A stretch of DNA of 64,000 nt, taken from the IMG/VR virus record IMGVR_UViG_3300032257_000006, positions 1 through 64,000 of that record. One strand, 5' to 3'. The notes under the pieces are model-generated. The model did not search any database, had not been told where the DNA came from, and worked only from the letters and a program-made list of their open reading frames with translations. Positions 1 through 10,141 of this stretch are shown piece by piece (the first letter of the stretch is position 1; each line of letters opens with the position of its first letter). The position numbers and the translations under genes are program-made. The stretch comes from a virus (Duplodnaviria; Caudoviricetes).

Positions 1-2574
1 AGGGTGCTTCCATAATGGGTACTTCGTGTGATACATACTGCAGCGAGTCATCGACTCTTTACATTCCTTGATCGCTAGTAAGGTCTCGTAACGCCAATCT
101 GTTTTAGGTACGTCATTAGCGAGGGCTGTATCGACAGCTAAACCATCAGTGCCTGGCGAACCTTCTAAGTTATACTTTTGACGGCCACTACCAAAGGTTA
201 CCTTAGAACGTAAGCGAGTCGGTAGCCCCATCATTGCGTACATAACCAACTGCATTTGCGATGCGCTGCCCATGTTCAGTTCAGTGCCGGTAGAAGTTAT
301 TGTACCTTCGCCCATGAACTGGCCGCAGAACTCGGACAACTTTTCATATTCCTCGCCTTCTCTGGCTTTCAGTTCAGGTAGAGCACCCATAAGTAACTCG
401 ATGAATTCTTTCTGTTGTGCAGTGAGTACTACTGGCTCAGCATCTATATCATCGAAGTCGTACGCATTGACTTCAGCTGCCCAACCAGAGATACGAGATT
501 TTGCGACTGACTCGATCGGCGTTGTAATCCCAATCGCTTCAACAACCACATTGAAGTTTTTAACAGTGGGAATAAACTTAGGCATCACAACGGTTTCTTT
601 ATACGGTATGTACTGAGATCCGGCACGCGCCTTTTCTCTGAACTTATTCATATCAGAAATAACTCTGTCTTCTACCCATTTTTCTTCGTCTGCAGCTACC
701 TGATCACCTTTCTCTACCAGCTTACCGAATGCCTTGGTAGCTTTTCGTCTAGCAAGTACGTGAGTATTCTGACCATCCGCAGCAATGTAACCCAGTGCGC
801 CGGCCTCGTTTCGTTCAGCGCAATTCTCTTCAAGTTGGCGTCTAACAAATGCCGTCTTTTCAATTATGATTTTCTTGTCGCGCTCATAGATCTCAGCCAA
901 CCTATCCCAGTCCATGTTGGTGCCGTTGATAAATGCATCCGTTAATGGATTCTGTACATAAGGCTCGTTCTCTTCGTAGAAATCCCATGTACCTTCCAGC
1001 ATCATGCGTAGTTTAAAGAACGAGTAAAGGTGAGCAGTGACGATACTGTCATCACAACCGTAGCTCACTACTTCATCAGCAGTACATTCGAACATTCCTA
1101 GGCGGTCCCCGACTACTTCAGCATACGTTTCCTGCGTGTAATTGAAGTTTTCTTTAGACAAAGACTTAAGACCAGATGATTCATTCTCGTCTACATAAGA
1201 AGACATGATAGCGGTATCATAAACAGGGTAATCGAGTACCGTGTTGAGTTGCAGTTTAGTCACAGCACCTTCGAATGCATTGTTATGTACTACGAATTTA
1301 GTATGTTCATGAGGCATATCGTCAAGTAGGTCTTGGATAACCGTCTTAGACAAGTTGTTGCTGTCTTTATGATTCACGGGAATATAGAAACAGTACTGAT
1401 TGTTTTCACCAAAGCAGAACGAAGCTCCTGCGATCTGCGAGGTCATGATGTCTACGTAGTTACCTTTTGCCGCCGCCTTATTTAACGTCTCGTAGTGAGC
1501 ATCCTGTGTCTCGTAGTCAAATCCTACGCACGGACTTTTAGCAAATGCTGCCAGTGCTTCATCTATGTCTCCGTCCTCTATGTTCTCAGAGTCGAGTAAC
1601 CAAACCTGAACACACAGCTCTTCATAGGCGCCAATTTTTTCTAAGGCGTTCATGCCAGTAAGAACTTTGGTAAGACGTTTTACGTCTGGGATACGGCGGA
1701 ACCAATCGATAGTCACCAGCTTCTTATCTTTCGTACCGGTACACAATTTAGGTTGAAGCTTTGCCAGTTCGTACTGTAGTGCCCAGTTATCTAGGTCGTT
1801 GATAATTATTTTAAGAGGCTGATTATCTGGGCAACATTCAAGTGCTTCATGAAGTGCGCTGAAGTCTCTAGTCTTGATACAGTTTTCAATCTCATCCATA
1901 CCATCGTAGCCAAATGCTTCAACCAGTTCAGTCCACTTCTTAGGGCCGAATCCTTTGATGCCGCCGTACTGGTCAGACGTGTCTCCGAGGAGTGACTTGC
2001 ATAAGGTTAGTTTGTTTGGTGGAACACCTTCAGCAGGGCCGCCAGAGAATTTGAACATGTCACCCATAAAAGCTTCAAGCTTCAACTGTACGATCACGTC
2101 TTCACTGCTAAGTGCAACTAAGTCACCGTCAGTTGTGTATACCATTTTCTTGCCAGGCAAGTTGTCACACCAGTAAGCGATCAGGTCATCAGCTTCGACG
2201 CCTTTAACACGACCCACTGTACAACCAATCGCTGCCCAGAAACCTTGCATCGCATTGTAAAATTTTGCTGACTGTTCTACCTTTACAGGGTCCGTGGTGC
2301 CTTTAGCAATCTCACGTTTCTTTTTGTAATCAGGATGAAGGGAACGTCTATACTCAATACCGCCGTCCATCGCTATTAATAAATTTGTAGGAGAGACTAT
2401 CTCTAGTGCTGCGTCCATATATCTTGTTAAGAAATTTCTAAATGCAAATTCTGCGGTGTTATATAACTCGCCGTCTTCGCCAATAATTCGTTCGGGATCT
2501 TTTCCCATGTTGAAGCAGTGATGCATAACTGCTCGTGCATCAAATATTACCCAAGGGCCTTCAGTGTTTGACAT
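1..2574 (-). CDS. PolA-like DNA polymerase, N-terminal part (5'-3' exonuclease + 3'-5' exonuclease); runs off the left edge
   Basis: Not in the ORF track; translated by hand from ATG 2574: MSNTEGPWVIFDARA...MDGGIEYRRSLHPDYK...GVEADDLIA...DGDL...LLGDTSDQYGGIKGFGPK (flap/5' exonuclease motifs), then GFDYET, VVHNNAFE, YGCDD (DnaQ-like exo I-III). Open to position 1. Confidence 0.9.
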   Translation of the reverse strand, partial: MSNTEGPWVIFDARAVMHHCFNMGKDPERIIGEDGELYNTAEFAFRNFLTRYMDAALEIVSPTNLLIAMDGGIEYRRSLHPDYKKKREIAKGTTDPVKVEQSAKFYNAMQGFWAAIGCTVGRVKGVEADDLIAYWCDNLPGKKMVYTTDGDLVALSSEDVIVQLKLEAFMGDMFKFSGGPAEGVPPNKLTLCKSLLGDTSDQYGGIKGFGPKKWTELVEAFGYDGMDEIENCIKTRDFSALHEALECCPDNQPLKIIINDLDNWALQYELAKLQPKLCTGTKDKKLVTIDWFRRIPDVKRLTKVLTGMNALEKIGAYEELCVQVWLLDSENIEDGDIDEALAAFAKSPCVGFDYETQDAHYETLNKAAAKGNYVDIMTSQIAGASFCFGENNQYCFYIPVNHKDSNNLSKTVIQDLLDDMPHEHTKFVVHNNAFEGAVTKLQLNTVLDYPVYDTAIMSSYVDENESSGLKSLSKENFNYTQETYAEVVGDRLGMFECTADEVVSYGCDDSIVTAHLYSFFKLRMMLEGTWDFYEENEPYVQNPLTDAFINGTNMDWDRLAEIYERDKKIIIEKTAFVRRQLEENCAERNEAGALGYIAADGQNTHVLARRKATKAFGKLVEKGDQVAADEEKWVEDRVISDMNKFREKARAGSQYIPYKETVVMPKFIPTVKNFNVVVEAIGITTPIESVAKSRISGWAAEVNAYDFDDIDAEPVVLTAQQKEFIELLMGALPELKAREGEEYEKLSEFCGQFMGEGTITSTGTELNMGSASQMQLVMYAMMGLPTRLRSKVTFGSGRQKYNLEGSPGTDGLAVDTALANDVPKTDWRYETLLAIKECKESMTRCSMYHTKYPLWKHP

Positions 2575-2603
2575 AACTAACTCCAGACTGTCATTAAATA
2601 CTT

Positions 2604-2636
2604 AAAAATAACAAAGGGGCTGCATTGCCCCTTTGT
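2604..2636 (-). terminator. Intrinsic terminator-like hairpin
   Basis: ACAAAGGGGC/GCCCCTTTGT 10-bp stem, 6-nt loop, followed on the minus strand by TATTTTT. Confidence 0.75.
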
Positions 2637-2653
2637 CAATTACTTACTCAGTG

Positions 2654-3466
2654 CTACGCAGGGCCACCGTACTTGAAGATCCAAGGATAGAAGTCACCAG
2701 AATCGTTAGTAATCTTAGCGCCAACCTGACACTTAGTAATTACTTCAGATGGTTTACCTTTGCCTGTGAACTTAAGCATCGCTAAGTGACCACTGAAACG
2801 CTGTACACCTGAAGGCGGAATTGACAACATAACCATCTCACCATCAAGTTCTTCAGAACCTTCTGCATCTACAAGCATTGCAGGTACTTCAAGGTACTTC
2901 TTGATTTCAAGTGAATCAACACCCCATTCAGCTTTAAGCATTGGGACTGTGTTGCCTTCCAATGTTGTACCAGAGTCAGCCTTCATTACATCGTAACTAA
3001 AGTTAACGCGCTTATCTTTAGACGTAGCGCCTGCTGGCTTAATTAAGTACTTAGCCTTACTCTGGGTAACTACTACATTAACTTCTTTACCCAGCGATAC
3101 ACCGCCGTTAGTTTCAAAGATACCTTCACTAGGTAACTTGATAGAAGGGAATGAGAAGAAGCCTAGCTCAACACCTTCAAAGCCGTCTTCAGCAGATTGT
3201 TCTGCAAAGTTACCGCCGCCTGGATGTGACGCTGCTACTTCAGTTGTTTTAGCTTCAGCTATTTCAGTAGAAGTAGTAGGTGCGGGTTGTTCGATAGTTT
3301 CTGCTGGTGCAGATGCTTCGATTGGGGCCGCTACTTCTGATACAACTTCAGCTTCGATTGCTTCGCTTTCTGCGGTTGGTGCAGGTTCGTTAGCAGGTTG
3401 TGTTTCTACAACTGATTCGTCGTCTGTTTTAACGTCAACAGGTTTTGATTTCTTTTGTAATGCCAT
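2654..3466 (-). CDS. Replication-module protein with an acidic Ala/Glu/Pro-rich N-terminus (possible ssDNA-binding protein)
   Basis: Start moved to ATG 3466 (MALQKK) behind a GGAGA RBS; lies between helicase and polymerase; function inferred from position only. Confidence 0.55.
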   Translation of the reverse strand: MALQKKSKPVDVKTDDESVVETQPANEPAPTAESEAIEAEVVSEVAAPIEASAPAETIEQPAPTTSTEIAEAKTTEVAASHPGGGNFAEQSAEDGFEGVELGFFSFPSIKLPSEGIFETNGGVSLGKEVNVVVTQSKAKYLIKPAGATSKDKRVNFSYDVMKADSGTTLEGNTVPMLKAEWGVDSLEIKKYLEVPAMLVDAEGSEELDGEMVMLSIPPSGVQRFSGHLAMLKFTGKGKPSEVITKCQVGAKITNDSGDFYPWIFKYGGPA

Positions 3467-3555
3467 TTTGATTCTCCAAAAATAAATAAATTCTAATTTC
3501 AATTTCAGTTCAAGTTTAACCATGGAGCTACTGCTCCACGAAAATGATACTACTA

Positions 3556-3783
3556 CTAAGTCTCTTTCATATCAACCTCCTCCGATAACTGTGGATCGCA
3601 TTCTATTTGACAGGCCAGTATCCTTAACTTTGCAGCTACTGCTGATACAGAATCTCTCCGGTTAAAACTCGCGGTATGTCGCGGCCCTTCTACAAAACTA
3701 ACTAGAAATTCGAAGTGCCGTCTCTCTTCTTGTACGTCGTTTAAGACAGCATCGACAAGTATGTTGTGAAGTCTATTAGGCAT
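3556..3783 (-). CDS. Hypothetical protein
   Basis: 75-aa ORF overlapping the upstream stop, in operon orientation. Confidence 0.65.
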   Translation of the reverse strand: MPNRLHNILVDAVLNDVQEERRHFEFLVSFVEGPRHTASFNRRDSVSAVAAKLRILACQIECDPQLSEEVDMKET

Positions 3784-4120
3784 CGCTTTTCTCCAAGCTG
3801 TTTACGTGATCCTCTAGTACCATACCTAAGTGATGCACAATACTGTTGGCTTCGCGGCCCGAACCATCTGGGATTATGTACTTTCCATTAGGGTCAAAAG
3901 TTTCGGACATGTCCGAAACAATATCTCTAATGTCGGCACCTAAACTAACCTGTCGTGAATAAGAAGTCATCAACGATGTCACCCACTGAAACGAGTTCAT
4001 TTCCTTACTGTTTACAAAGAAGGCTGTAGGGACAGCAGCGCCCAGTATTGTAAAGTAGATAGTCTGCTCGTCTTCTCCAGGTATTTTTATTTTGTACGTT
4101 CTACTTGGTAGTACTTCCAT
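3776..4120 (-). CDS. Stand-alone TSCPD/NrdJb-like domain protein
   Basis: Pattern LPSRTYKIK..E.TIYFTI...FFVNSK...SLMTSYSRQ...SIVHHLG resembles the C-terminal domain of class II ribonucleotide reductases. Confidence 0.6.
   Translation of the reverse strand: MEVLPSRTYKIKIPGEDEQTIYFTILGAAVPTAFFVNSKEMNSFQWVTSLMTSYSRQVSLGADIRDIVSDMSETFDPNGKYIIPDGSGREANSIVHHLGMVLEDHVNSLEKSDA
3901..3918. repeat. Palindrome copy 1 (inside a CDS)
   Basis: TTTCGGACATGTCCGAAA, perfect 18-bp palindrome. Confidence 0.85.
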
Positions 4121-4128
4121 TTCGGCTC

Positions 4129-5622
4129 CTAGTCAGGCTTCGCAATCATGTCACGAAGTAGTTCTTTATTGTCACGGTAAACTGTATTAGCTTCCTGTTC
4201 TTTGTGTAGCATCTGCTCCAAGATTTTTGTGTAACTAGTATCAATTACATCTAAGAAGTAAATATTTACTGTCTCATCTTGGCCAGCACGGTATACCCTG
4301 TCACTGCATTGCTGTACGTCACCTGGTACACCTGTTGGTTCAGCGAATAACACATTACTGCACACTCGTTGAAAATCCAACCCAGCCCCAGCAGATTTAG
4401 GATGCGCAATAAGCATGCGACAACTGGCATCTTTCTGGAACTTCGCCTTTTCTACATTGGCGTGCTTACAGTACTTACCGCCGTAAATTATCGCGGGGTT
4501 AAAATCACCGTACCTCTCATATAATTTTTCTATAGTAGAATTAAAGTGAGCAAATATTATGATCTTATTTGTCGGCGGGTTGACTGTATCGACAACCTCA
4601 TCGACAGCACTTACCCAAAGGTTTTCAATCTTTTTGTCATCAGTAAACTCCTCAGGTGTACTGACAATACGCATCAACTTCATACGAAGTGATGAATCAT
4701 TTATTGCGTCGATTATCTCCTCTTCAAGTTCTAAGATGCGCTCTCTCATCAAAGTGTCGTACAGCTTCTGGTGCTTAGGGTGTAACCACACTGGGATACG
4801 TGAGACCAGTTTAGCTGGCATGTCTAGCACTTCAGATTTAAGTACACGACGAGCTTGCAAGTACAGGCTATGATAAAGATGCTCATGGTTTTTGTAAGCC
4901 AGTATCTGCTCGTACTTTACATTAGGATTAAATACACAATGCAACATCGCAAAGTTATCCCATGAACTGTACCGACCTGGCGTAACTAATCTCACTAAAC
5001 CGTAAGCATCGCGCAAACCATTGTGAATAGGTGTGCCCGTCATAGGTAAGAAGTTAGACTCAGTTACATCGCGGCCCCCGATAAACGAGTTAACTACTGC
5101 GTGTATCTTAGAGTCAGGGTTCTTTAACGCCTGAGCTTCATCAGCAATCAGTACAGGATAATCAAACTTGAGATCTCTCCAGTGCTTTAAAAACATTTGA
5201 TATGACATTAACAGTAGGTCAGGCCAAGTATCGGTAGCCCTCCATTTAGCCAGTAAGTCACGTCGTTTCTTTGGTGTCTGATTAAATTTTTCTATTGTTA
5301 TAAAATTTTCAGCCCCTTGCAGGTTTGTCGCGAAGGTTTCACTGTACTGATTAACCAATATAGGCGGCATGATACCTACTACCTTATTGCCTAGGCCGTT
5401 TTGATAAGCAACATAAGCTTGCGATATGAGTGTCTTGCCTGTGCCTGTGTCATCGTATAGGCCGAACCTTTCCCAGTACGCTGCCTGCGATAGTCCGGTT
5501 ACTTGATGATGAAACGGGACTAGCGTGGGGTCATTATTGATGTTGATCAATACCTCGCTTGCCCATTCCGGTACGTCACCTATACCAGCTTCTTCAAAAT
5601 ACTTAGCTAGAGTCCAGCTCAT
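4129..5622 (-). CDS. SNF2-family (SF2) helicase
   Basis: DDTGTGKT (Walker A), LIADEAQ (motif II), MTGTP (III), IIFAHF (IV), SAGAGL (V), QCSDRVYRAGQ (VI). Confidence 0.9.
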   Translation of the reverse strand: MSWTLAKYFEEAGIGDVPEWASEVLININNDPTLVPFHHQVTGLSQAAYWERFGLYDDTGTGKTLISQAYVAYQNGLGNKVVGIMPPILVNQYSETFATNLQGAENFITIEKFNQTPKKRRDLLAKWRATDTWPDLLLMSYQMFLKHWRDLKFDYPVLIADEAQALKNPDSKIHAVVNSFIGGRDVTESNFLPMTGTPIHNGLRDAYGLVRLVTPGRYSSWDNFAMLHCVFNPNVKYEQILAYKNHEHLYHSLYLQARRVLKSEVLDMPAKLVSRIPVWLHPKHQKLYDTLMRERILELEEEIIDAINDSSLRMKLMRIVSTPEEFTDDKKIENLWVSAVDEVVDTVNPPTNKIIIFAHFNSTIEKLYERYGDFNPAIIYGGKYCKHANVEKAKFQKDASCRMLIAHPKSAGAGLDFQRVCSNVLFAEPTGVPGDVQQCSDRVYRAGQDETVNIYFLDVIDTSYTKILEQMLHKEQEANTVYRDNKELLRDMIAKPD

Positions 5623-8432
5623 ACGGTGGTTGCTTCTGATTGGAAATGACCGATGTCCAACCCTTTTTCTACCATCTTATCCATGTCTAAGACTTCCATC
5701 TCCCTAGCTTTAGAGAGTACTTCTGCTTTTTTACTTTCTAAGTAATAGCCTTCTTGATGCAGCAACGTCCTAAACTGGTTTACGTCAGATATAACCACAC
5801 GTTCTTGGAAAGATCTGGCATACCGTTTATACAATGCGTGCGCCATAATCAAATCAATGTACAGTTTACCTTCGGCCATGATGTAGTGCTTGCCACTTAC
5901 TATGTAAGTCTTACCGCTGCTACCGTCTTCCATACCTGCCATAAGATTAAATGCCTGCATAACTGCATCGACTTCTGTCTTACCTTTGTCTCTGCTGATA
6001 TGTTGTTCTTGCCCAGATAAGTGAGCCAGTACCGCGCCTTTAAGTTCGTTTATCTCTGCTGTCATATCCAGCTTAAGGCCTTCGAGTACTTCTTGGAAAA
6101 AATCCAATCCAGTCAGTACTACTCGGTAAGAATAATTTGAACGAGCTTCTATCTTTTTAGGGATAACATCTCGGTACTCTTTCATCTTCTTACTTGTCCA
6201 GTTCGGTAGCTTATCCAAACTAGCCCAGACCATTGCACGGGACAGTCTCCACAATTGTTTTCTGTTATCTAGTACAGTGTAGAAGTGGTCATCACAACCT
6301 ACTCTGGACTTAGTAGACATGCCGACTTGAACCATACGTTGTTTAAGTGCAGGCATCTCTGGAGACTGCTCAGACATGACAACAATTGGCCCTGATATTT
6401 TGTAGTCGATAACTCCAGCACCAGACCTGCCTTTACCGTCTGCTTTGGCTGCGCTTGTGACAGCACCTCTAGAGAAAGTCTGATTGTTCCATGCAGCTTT
6501 CATTACTTCGGCAAAATAATTGTAATTACTTTCTTTTATTTTAGATCTGTTGAACTCATCCAACAGTCTAGGGGCTGTTGTGGTCGATGCTGCGAAGTTA
6601 GCTACCGCCCAAGGTGTTGCACCTCCTAATGATATTGGAGAGTCTTCCATTATGTAATCGCAGCCTGACAAGCACGCAAATACACAAGCGGTTGTAGTCT
6701 TGCCTGACTCTGCATTGCCCCACAAATTTAAGATAGGAAACTGGTTCTCTACACTTTGTAGATGCACCTTTAAGTGACAAGCTGCATACCAGCCCAGTAT
6801 CTGTCCAACTATGTGCGGCTGATTTACTTTCAAAAGCGCCTGTATAGTTTCTTTAAATGCTGGGTCTTTCAGGTCTGGAAATTCTTGCTCCGAGATCCTT
6901 GGAGGTGCTGGTACTCTACCGTCTACGTAATGTGTATCACGTTCTTTTTGTGCAGTAACTGAGAATCCTGGCTCAACATAAACTAGCGTTGAAAGTTTCC
7001 CTACTGGATGTCTATGAATGCCAGCAGAAAATACTTGTTGGATTTCACCCATGTCAAATTCCTTAGTGAATAAATAGTGTTTAAGTCTCTGCACTTCTTG
7101 ATCTCCACCAAGAAATGCTAGATTTTTTATACCTCTAAGTTCTTTTATAAGTGAGCCTTTAGAGTCCCAAGCACTTTCCTCGATCTTGGCAGAGGCGATC
7201 TCTTTTCCTCCTACCATTATTCCTGCTTCGATACCGACACGTCGAGTCAGTTCAGTGTCTTGTGCTTTGGTGGTATAAAAATTTTCAGGCTTTATTGTGT
7301 AAGTAGTAATTCTTCGAGCACCATCTGCAGTTGCTACATAGTAACCATCTGCGCGTTCTGTGATACCGGCTAAATTGTCTTCGTCTACATCCTGTATGTC
7401 TTCCCCTTCTGCTGTCTGACATATTGGGCAACCTCCACAAGGACTTATTACAGAGAACAACGCACCTCTAGAAAACTTCCTACTACTAGACGTTGCAGCG
7501 TATCTAATCATACCTATCAGGTGTTCTACTCGATTACGTTCAGTCTTGTAGGTTCCTGATGTAACATTCTTAGCCATTTGCTCTACAATAGGCTGCCAAA
7601 AATTACGGTGCATTTTAGATCTAGCTACAAATATACCAAACTGCATAGCGGCTTGGTTAAAGTTTGATGTACCTTCGTTGGCACCTTCTTCAACCAGCTT
7701 CTGTATACAGCCTGGTAATGTCTCAGAGAACTGCGAAAGTAGCTCATCTGATACTTCAGATTCTATGTCCTGCTTTTGCTGCTTCTGTTTGAATATTACA
7801 CGCTTCTTACACAGCTCAAACAACACTGATAATTTTGTAGCTTCTTTACACGGCGTTAACTGCTCAATGTTACGAGCCTTGTCAGTGAGTCTTGTATATT
7901 CTTCTACTGTTAAGTTGTTCACCTCTTCAGGTAGTAGACCTACTTTAAATTTACCGTTGTCAGCTCGTTGTACATTTTCCTGTCGCCAGAGCCGTCCTTT
8001 CTTTCCAGAGTAGACAACCATATCGACACCATCTACAAACAGTTCGAGTGCCATTTCTTTGTAAATATAAGGCAGGTAACGTATTGCCCTACCACTGCTA
8101 AATACTTTCGAAGGTACAACTATATGAAAACCTTTCTTACCTGATGCCCAGACTAAAATATCTTGTCTGTCTACACCTTGGCCTTCTAGTTTTCCTATTA
8201 ATGTATGTAATGCTTCTATACTTTTATCGAGACGCTTGTCATAGTCAATGTCAAAGTATAGGCCGCCCTTATAAGTTATTTTATCTGGGTCACTATCGTC
8301 GTTAAAGTCATCCGATATAGCCAGTACACTAACCATCTGACACTGCTTGGCAATCAAAGCTTCTAGAGCTTCAGGTGTATCCAGAGTCATCTCCCAAGGA
8401 GATTGTTCTGCAATGCTGTAATATCTAAACAT
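5619..8432 (-). CDS. Primase-helicase (AEP-like primase N-terminus, C-terminal P-loop ATPase)
   Basis: YFDID and SGKKGFHI (AEP motifs I/II), CGGCPIC cluster, GNAESGKTT Walker A, LLDE Walker B. Confidence 0.8.
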   Translation of the reverse strand: MFRYYSIAEQSPWEMTLDTPEALEALIAKQCQMVSVLAISDDFNDDSDPDKITYKGGLYFDIDYDKRLDKSIEALHTLIGKLEGQGVDRQDILVWASGKKGFHIVVPSKVFSSGRAIRYLPYIYKEMALELFVDGVDMVVYSGKKGRLWRQENVQRADNGKFKVGLLPEEVNNLTVEEYTRLTDKARNIEQLTPCKEATKLSVLFELCKKRVIFKQKQQKQDIESEVSDELLSQFSETLPGCIQKLVEEGANEGTSNFNQAAMQFGIFVARSKMHRNFWQPIVEQMAKNVTSGTYKTERNRVEHLIGMIRYAATSSSRKFSRGALFSVISPCGGCPICQTAEGEDIQDVDEDNLAGITERADGYYVATADGARRITTYTIKPENFYTTKAQDTELTRRVGIEAGIMVGGKEIASAKIEESAWDSKGSLIKELRGIKNLAFLGGDQEVQRLKHYLFTKEFDMGEIQQVFSAGIHRHPVGKLSTLVYVEPGFSVTAQKERDTHYVDGRVPAPPRISEQEFPDLKDPAFKETIQALLKVNQPHIVGQILGWYAACHLKVHLQSVENQFPILNLWGNAESGKTTTACVFACLSGCDYIMEDSPISLGGATPWAVANFAASTTTAPRLLDEFNRSKIKESNYNYFAEVMKAAWNNQTFSRGAVTSAAKADGKGRSGAGVIDYKISGPIVVMSEQSPEMPALKQRMVQVGMSTKSRVGCDDHFYTVLDNRKQLWRLSRAMVWASLDKLPNWTSKKMKEYRDVIPKKIEARSNYSYRVVLTGLDFFQEVLEGLKLDMTAEINELKGAVLAHLSGQEQHISRDKGKTEVDAVMQAFNLMAGMEDGSSGKTYIVSGKHYIMAEGKLYIDLIMAHALYKRYARSFQERVVISDVNQFRTLLHQEGYYLESKKAEVLSKAREMEVLDMDKMVEKGLDIGHFQSEATTV

Positions 8433-8446
8433 TTACGCAACCTCCC

Positions 8447-8833
8447 CTAGCGGAATAAGTCTTTCTCTTTTGTACCATATCTCTTTTTCAGAGAACTTAA
8501 GGGGTGAACTCTTAAGTGTTCTGGGATTATGATTATAAATTCTGGTGACAATACTGGGTTTTGTTTATGTAAAGTTACTGGTATCGATAGCACCACCTTT
8601 ACTGTCCCACCATTGTTAGGTAACGTCACTAGATCTACTTCACCTAGATTACCTTCTACCTCTCTACCGCCTGGCGTACTCATTTTCCATTTTACATTTC
8701 CGTCTTTAAACTCAAATGTATCTAGCGAAAAAATAAACAGAGGTTCAACTGTACCTCCGTTAAATTTTGGATTGTTCATAACTACCATAGGCGCACCGTA
8801 CGGCAACGTCATCTTTACTTTGCGACTGCTCAT
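8447..8833 (-). CDS. Hypothetical protein
   Basis: 128-aa ORF in operon orientation. Confidence 0.7.
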   Translation of the reverse strand: MSSRKVKMTLPYGAPMVVMNNPKFNGGTVEPLFIFSLDTFEFKDGNVKWKMSTPGGREVEGNLGEVDLVTLPNNGGTVKVVLSIPVTLHKQNPVLSPEFIIIIPEHLRVHPLSSLKKRYGTKEKDLFR

Positions 8834-8844
8834 GTCAACGCCTA

Positions 8845-9156
8845 TTAAAAATTGTTACATTCAACTTCGGTAAGTTTTTTAATTACAACTCGATAAGTAC
8901 CTGACTCTCCAGCTCTAGCTTGGGTAGATTTACAGTTATAATCTTCTCTCCGAACAATGCCGCGTCTTGTGAGCATTTTTATAAAATTACCAATTACAGA
9001 TCCGCTGTATTCAAATACTAGTATTTCACCTACTGCTGCATCGTTGTACTGTTCAGTAAATTCATCGTAATCAAACTTTCTATCTGGAGACTCTACAAAT
9101 TCCTGCAGGGTTTCGTAATTCTCATTGTCTGGACTTATTCTTTCTATCATCACCAA
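8845..9156 (-). CDS. Hypothetical protein
   Basis: 103-aa ORF in operon orientation. Confidence 0.7.
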   Translation of the reverse strand: MVMIERISPDNENYETLQEFVESPDRKFDYDEFTEQYNDAAVGEILVFEYSGSVIGNFIKMLTRRGIVRREDYNCKSTQARAGESGTYRVVIKKLTEVECNNF

Positions 9157-9173
9157 TTCTCCTGAATTATTTT

Positions 9174-9854
9174 TTATATTAAACTTTCGTAAATGTCTTC
9201 ATCGTCAATCAAAGCTTCTTGCAATGTTAGGATCTCTTCTACATCACAGCCTAAGATTTCAGAGGCTTCCTTTACTGACAGCAGGTTTTGCTCGTACACA
9301 AACAACTGCTCCCCTCGCTTACCTTTCATTCGGTCTTTGTTACCTATATCTACATTGCCAGGCTCATACATTCCCTTAGGAAATAGGCGGTAAGGCATCC
9401 AATAACCGTTTTCTTTAGTCGCACCTAGCTCTACCATATGCTCGTAAAAATTTTCATAAGCAGAGTAAAGGTCTAGGTCAGTGCCTAGGCCGCCCCAGTC
9501 ATTACAAACTTTGTCTGGTGTGTGCACTAACATTCTTCTGAACTGATCTCGTAGACATTCATCCATATTAACCAGTATAGAGTCTTCACCTTCTGCTACG
9601 TCACACATAGGACCTAGGCAGCCTTTGTTTTGCGACTTACGTTTCTTTATCTCTGCGTAGCTGAGTGTGACGAGACCGCCACACTTGCACTCACAGTTGT
9701 ACATTAGGAAGTTTCCAGCGTGGTTTGTTTCTAAACTCTTTATAATCAACTTGCCCAGCACATCTCCGATGTCCATAGATACTCTGGAGACTCGCTTGCT
9801 CTTTCTAGCCGCTCTAGATTTCTGCAAGTTAACTATAAATTCTACTGTACTCAC
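9174..9854 (-). CDS. Degenerate HNH-family endonuclease-like protein with a C-terminal HTH-like tail
   Basis: YNCECKCG, KVCNDW, FYEHM, YRLFPKGMYEPGNV echo the phage HNH pattern C.CdCG / vC.eW / DRId..g.Y.P.N; C-terminal LLSVKEASEILGC. Confidence 0.5.
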   Translation of the reverse strand: MSTVEFIVNLQKSRAARKSKRVSRVSMDIGDVLGKLIIKSLETNHAGNFLMYNCECKCGGLVTLSYAEIKKRKSQNKGCLGPMCDVAEGEDSILVNMDECLRDQFRRMLVHTPDKVCNDWGGLGTDLDLYSAYENFYEHMVELGATKENGYWMPYRLFPKGMYEPGNVDIGNKDRMKGKRGEQLFVYEQNLLSVKEASEILGCDVEEILTLQEALIDDEDIYESLI

Positions 9855-10099
9855 TTTATCCCTCGTACTTTTAATATATCCGCTGCACGTATTTTAGCTA
9901 ACACCTCAGGATCTTCGACCTCTCGGGTATACCCTTTACCGCAAGCGACAATAGTATTCATAGTACATACAAAATTAAGATCTATATGTACGTACTTATA
10001 ATATTCTCGCGCTACGGCTAGCTCTTGGACTGTTACCAAGTTATCCGCTGCTGGTCTGGTACTGCTATCTTTTCCTACAAGTGTTAAAGTCATAAACAC
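9851..10099 (-). CDS. Hypothetical protein
   Basis: 82 aa, GGAGG RBS, overlaps the next gene. Confidence 0.7.
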   Translation of the reverse strand: MFMTLTLVGKDSSTRPAADNLVTVQELAVAREYYKYVHIDLNFVCTMNTIVACGKGYTREVEDPEVLAKIRAADILKVRGIK

Positions 10100-10141
10100 C
10101 TCCTATTAAAATATAGTCATTACAAATGACTGTCAATAAAT

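Noticed and set aside
1-2574. Modified-base (2-aminoadenine or 7-deazaguanine) genome suggested by the PolA-like enzyme
   Set aside because: No purZ, datZ, dpdA or queuosine-pathway genes are visible in this window; the rest of the genome is unseen.
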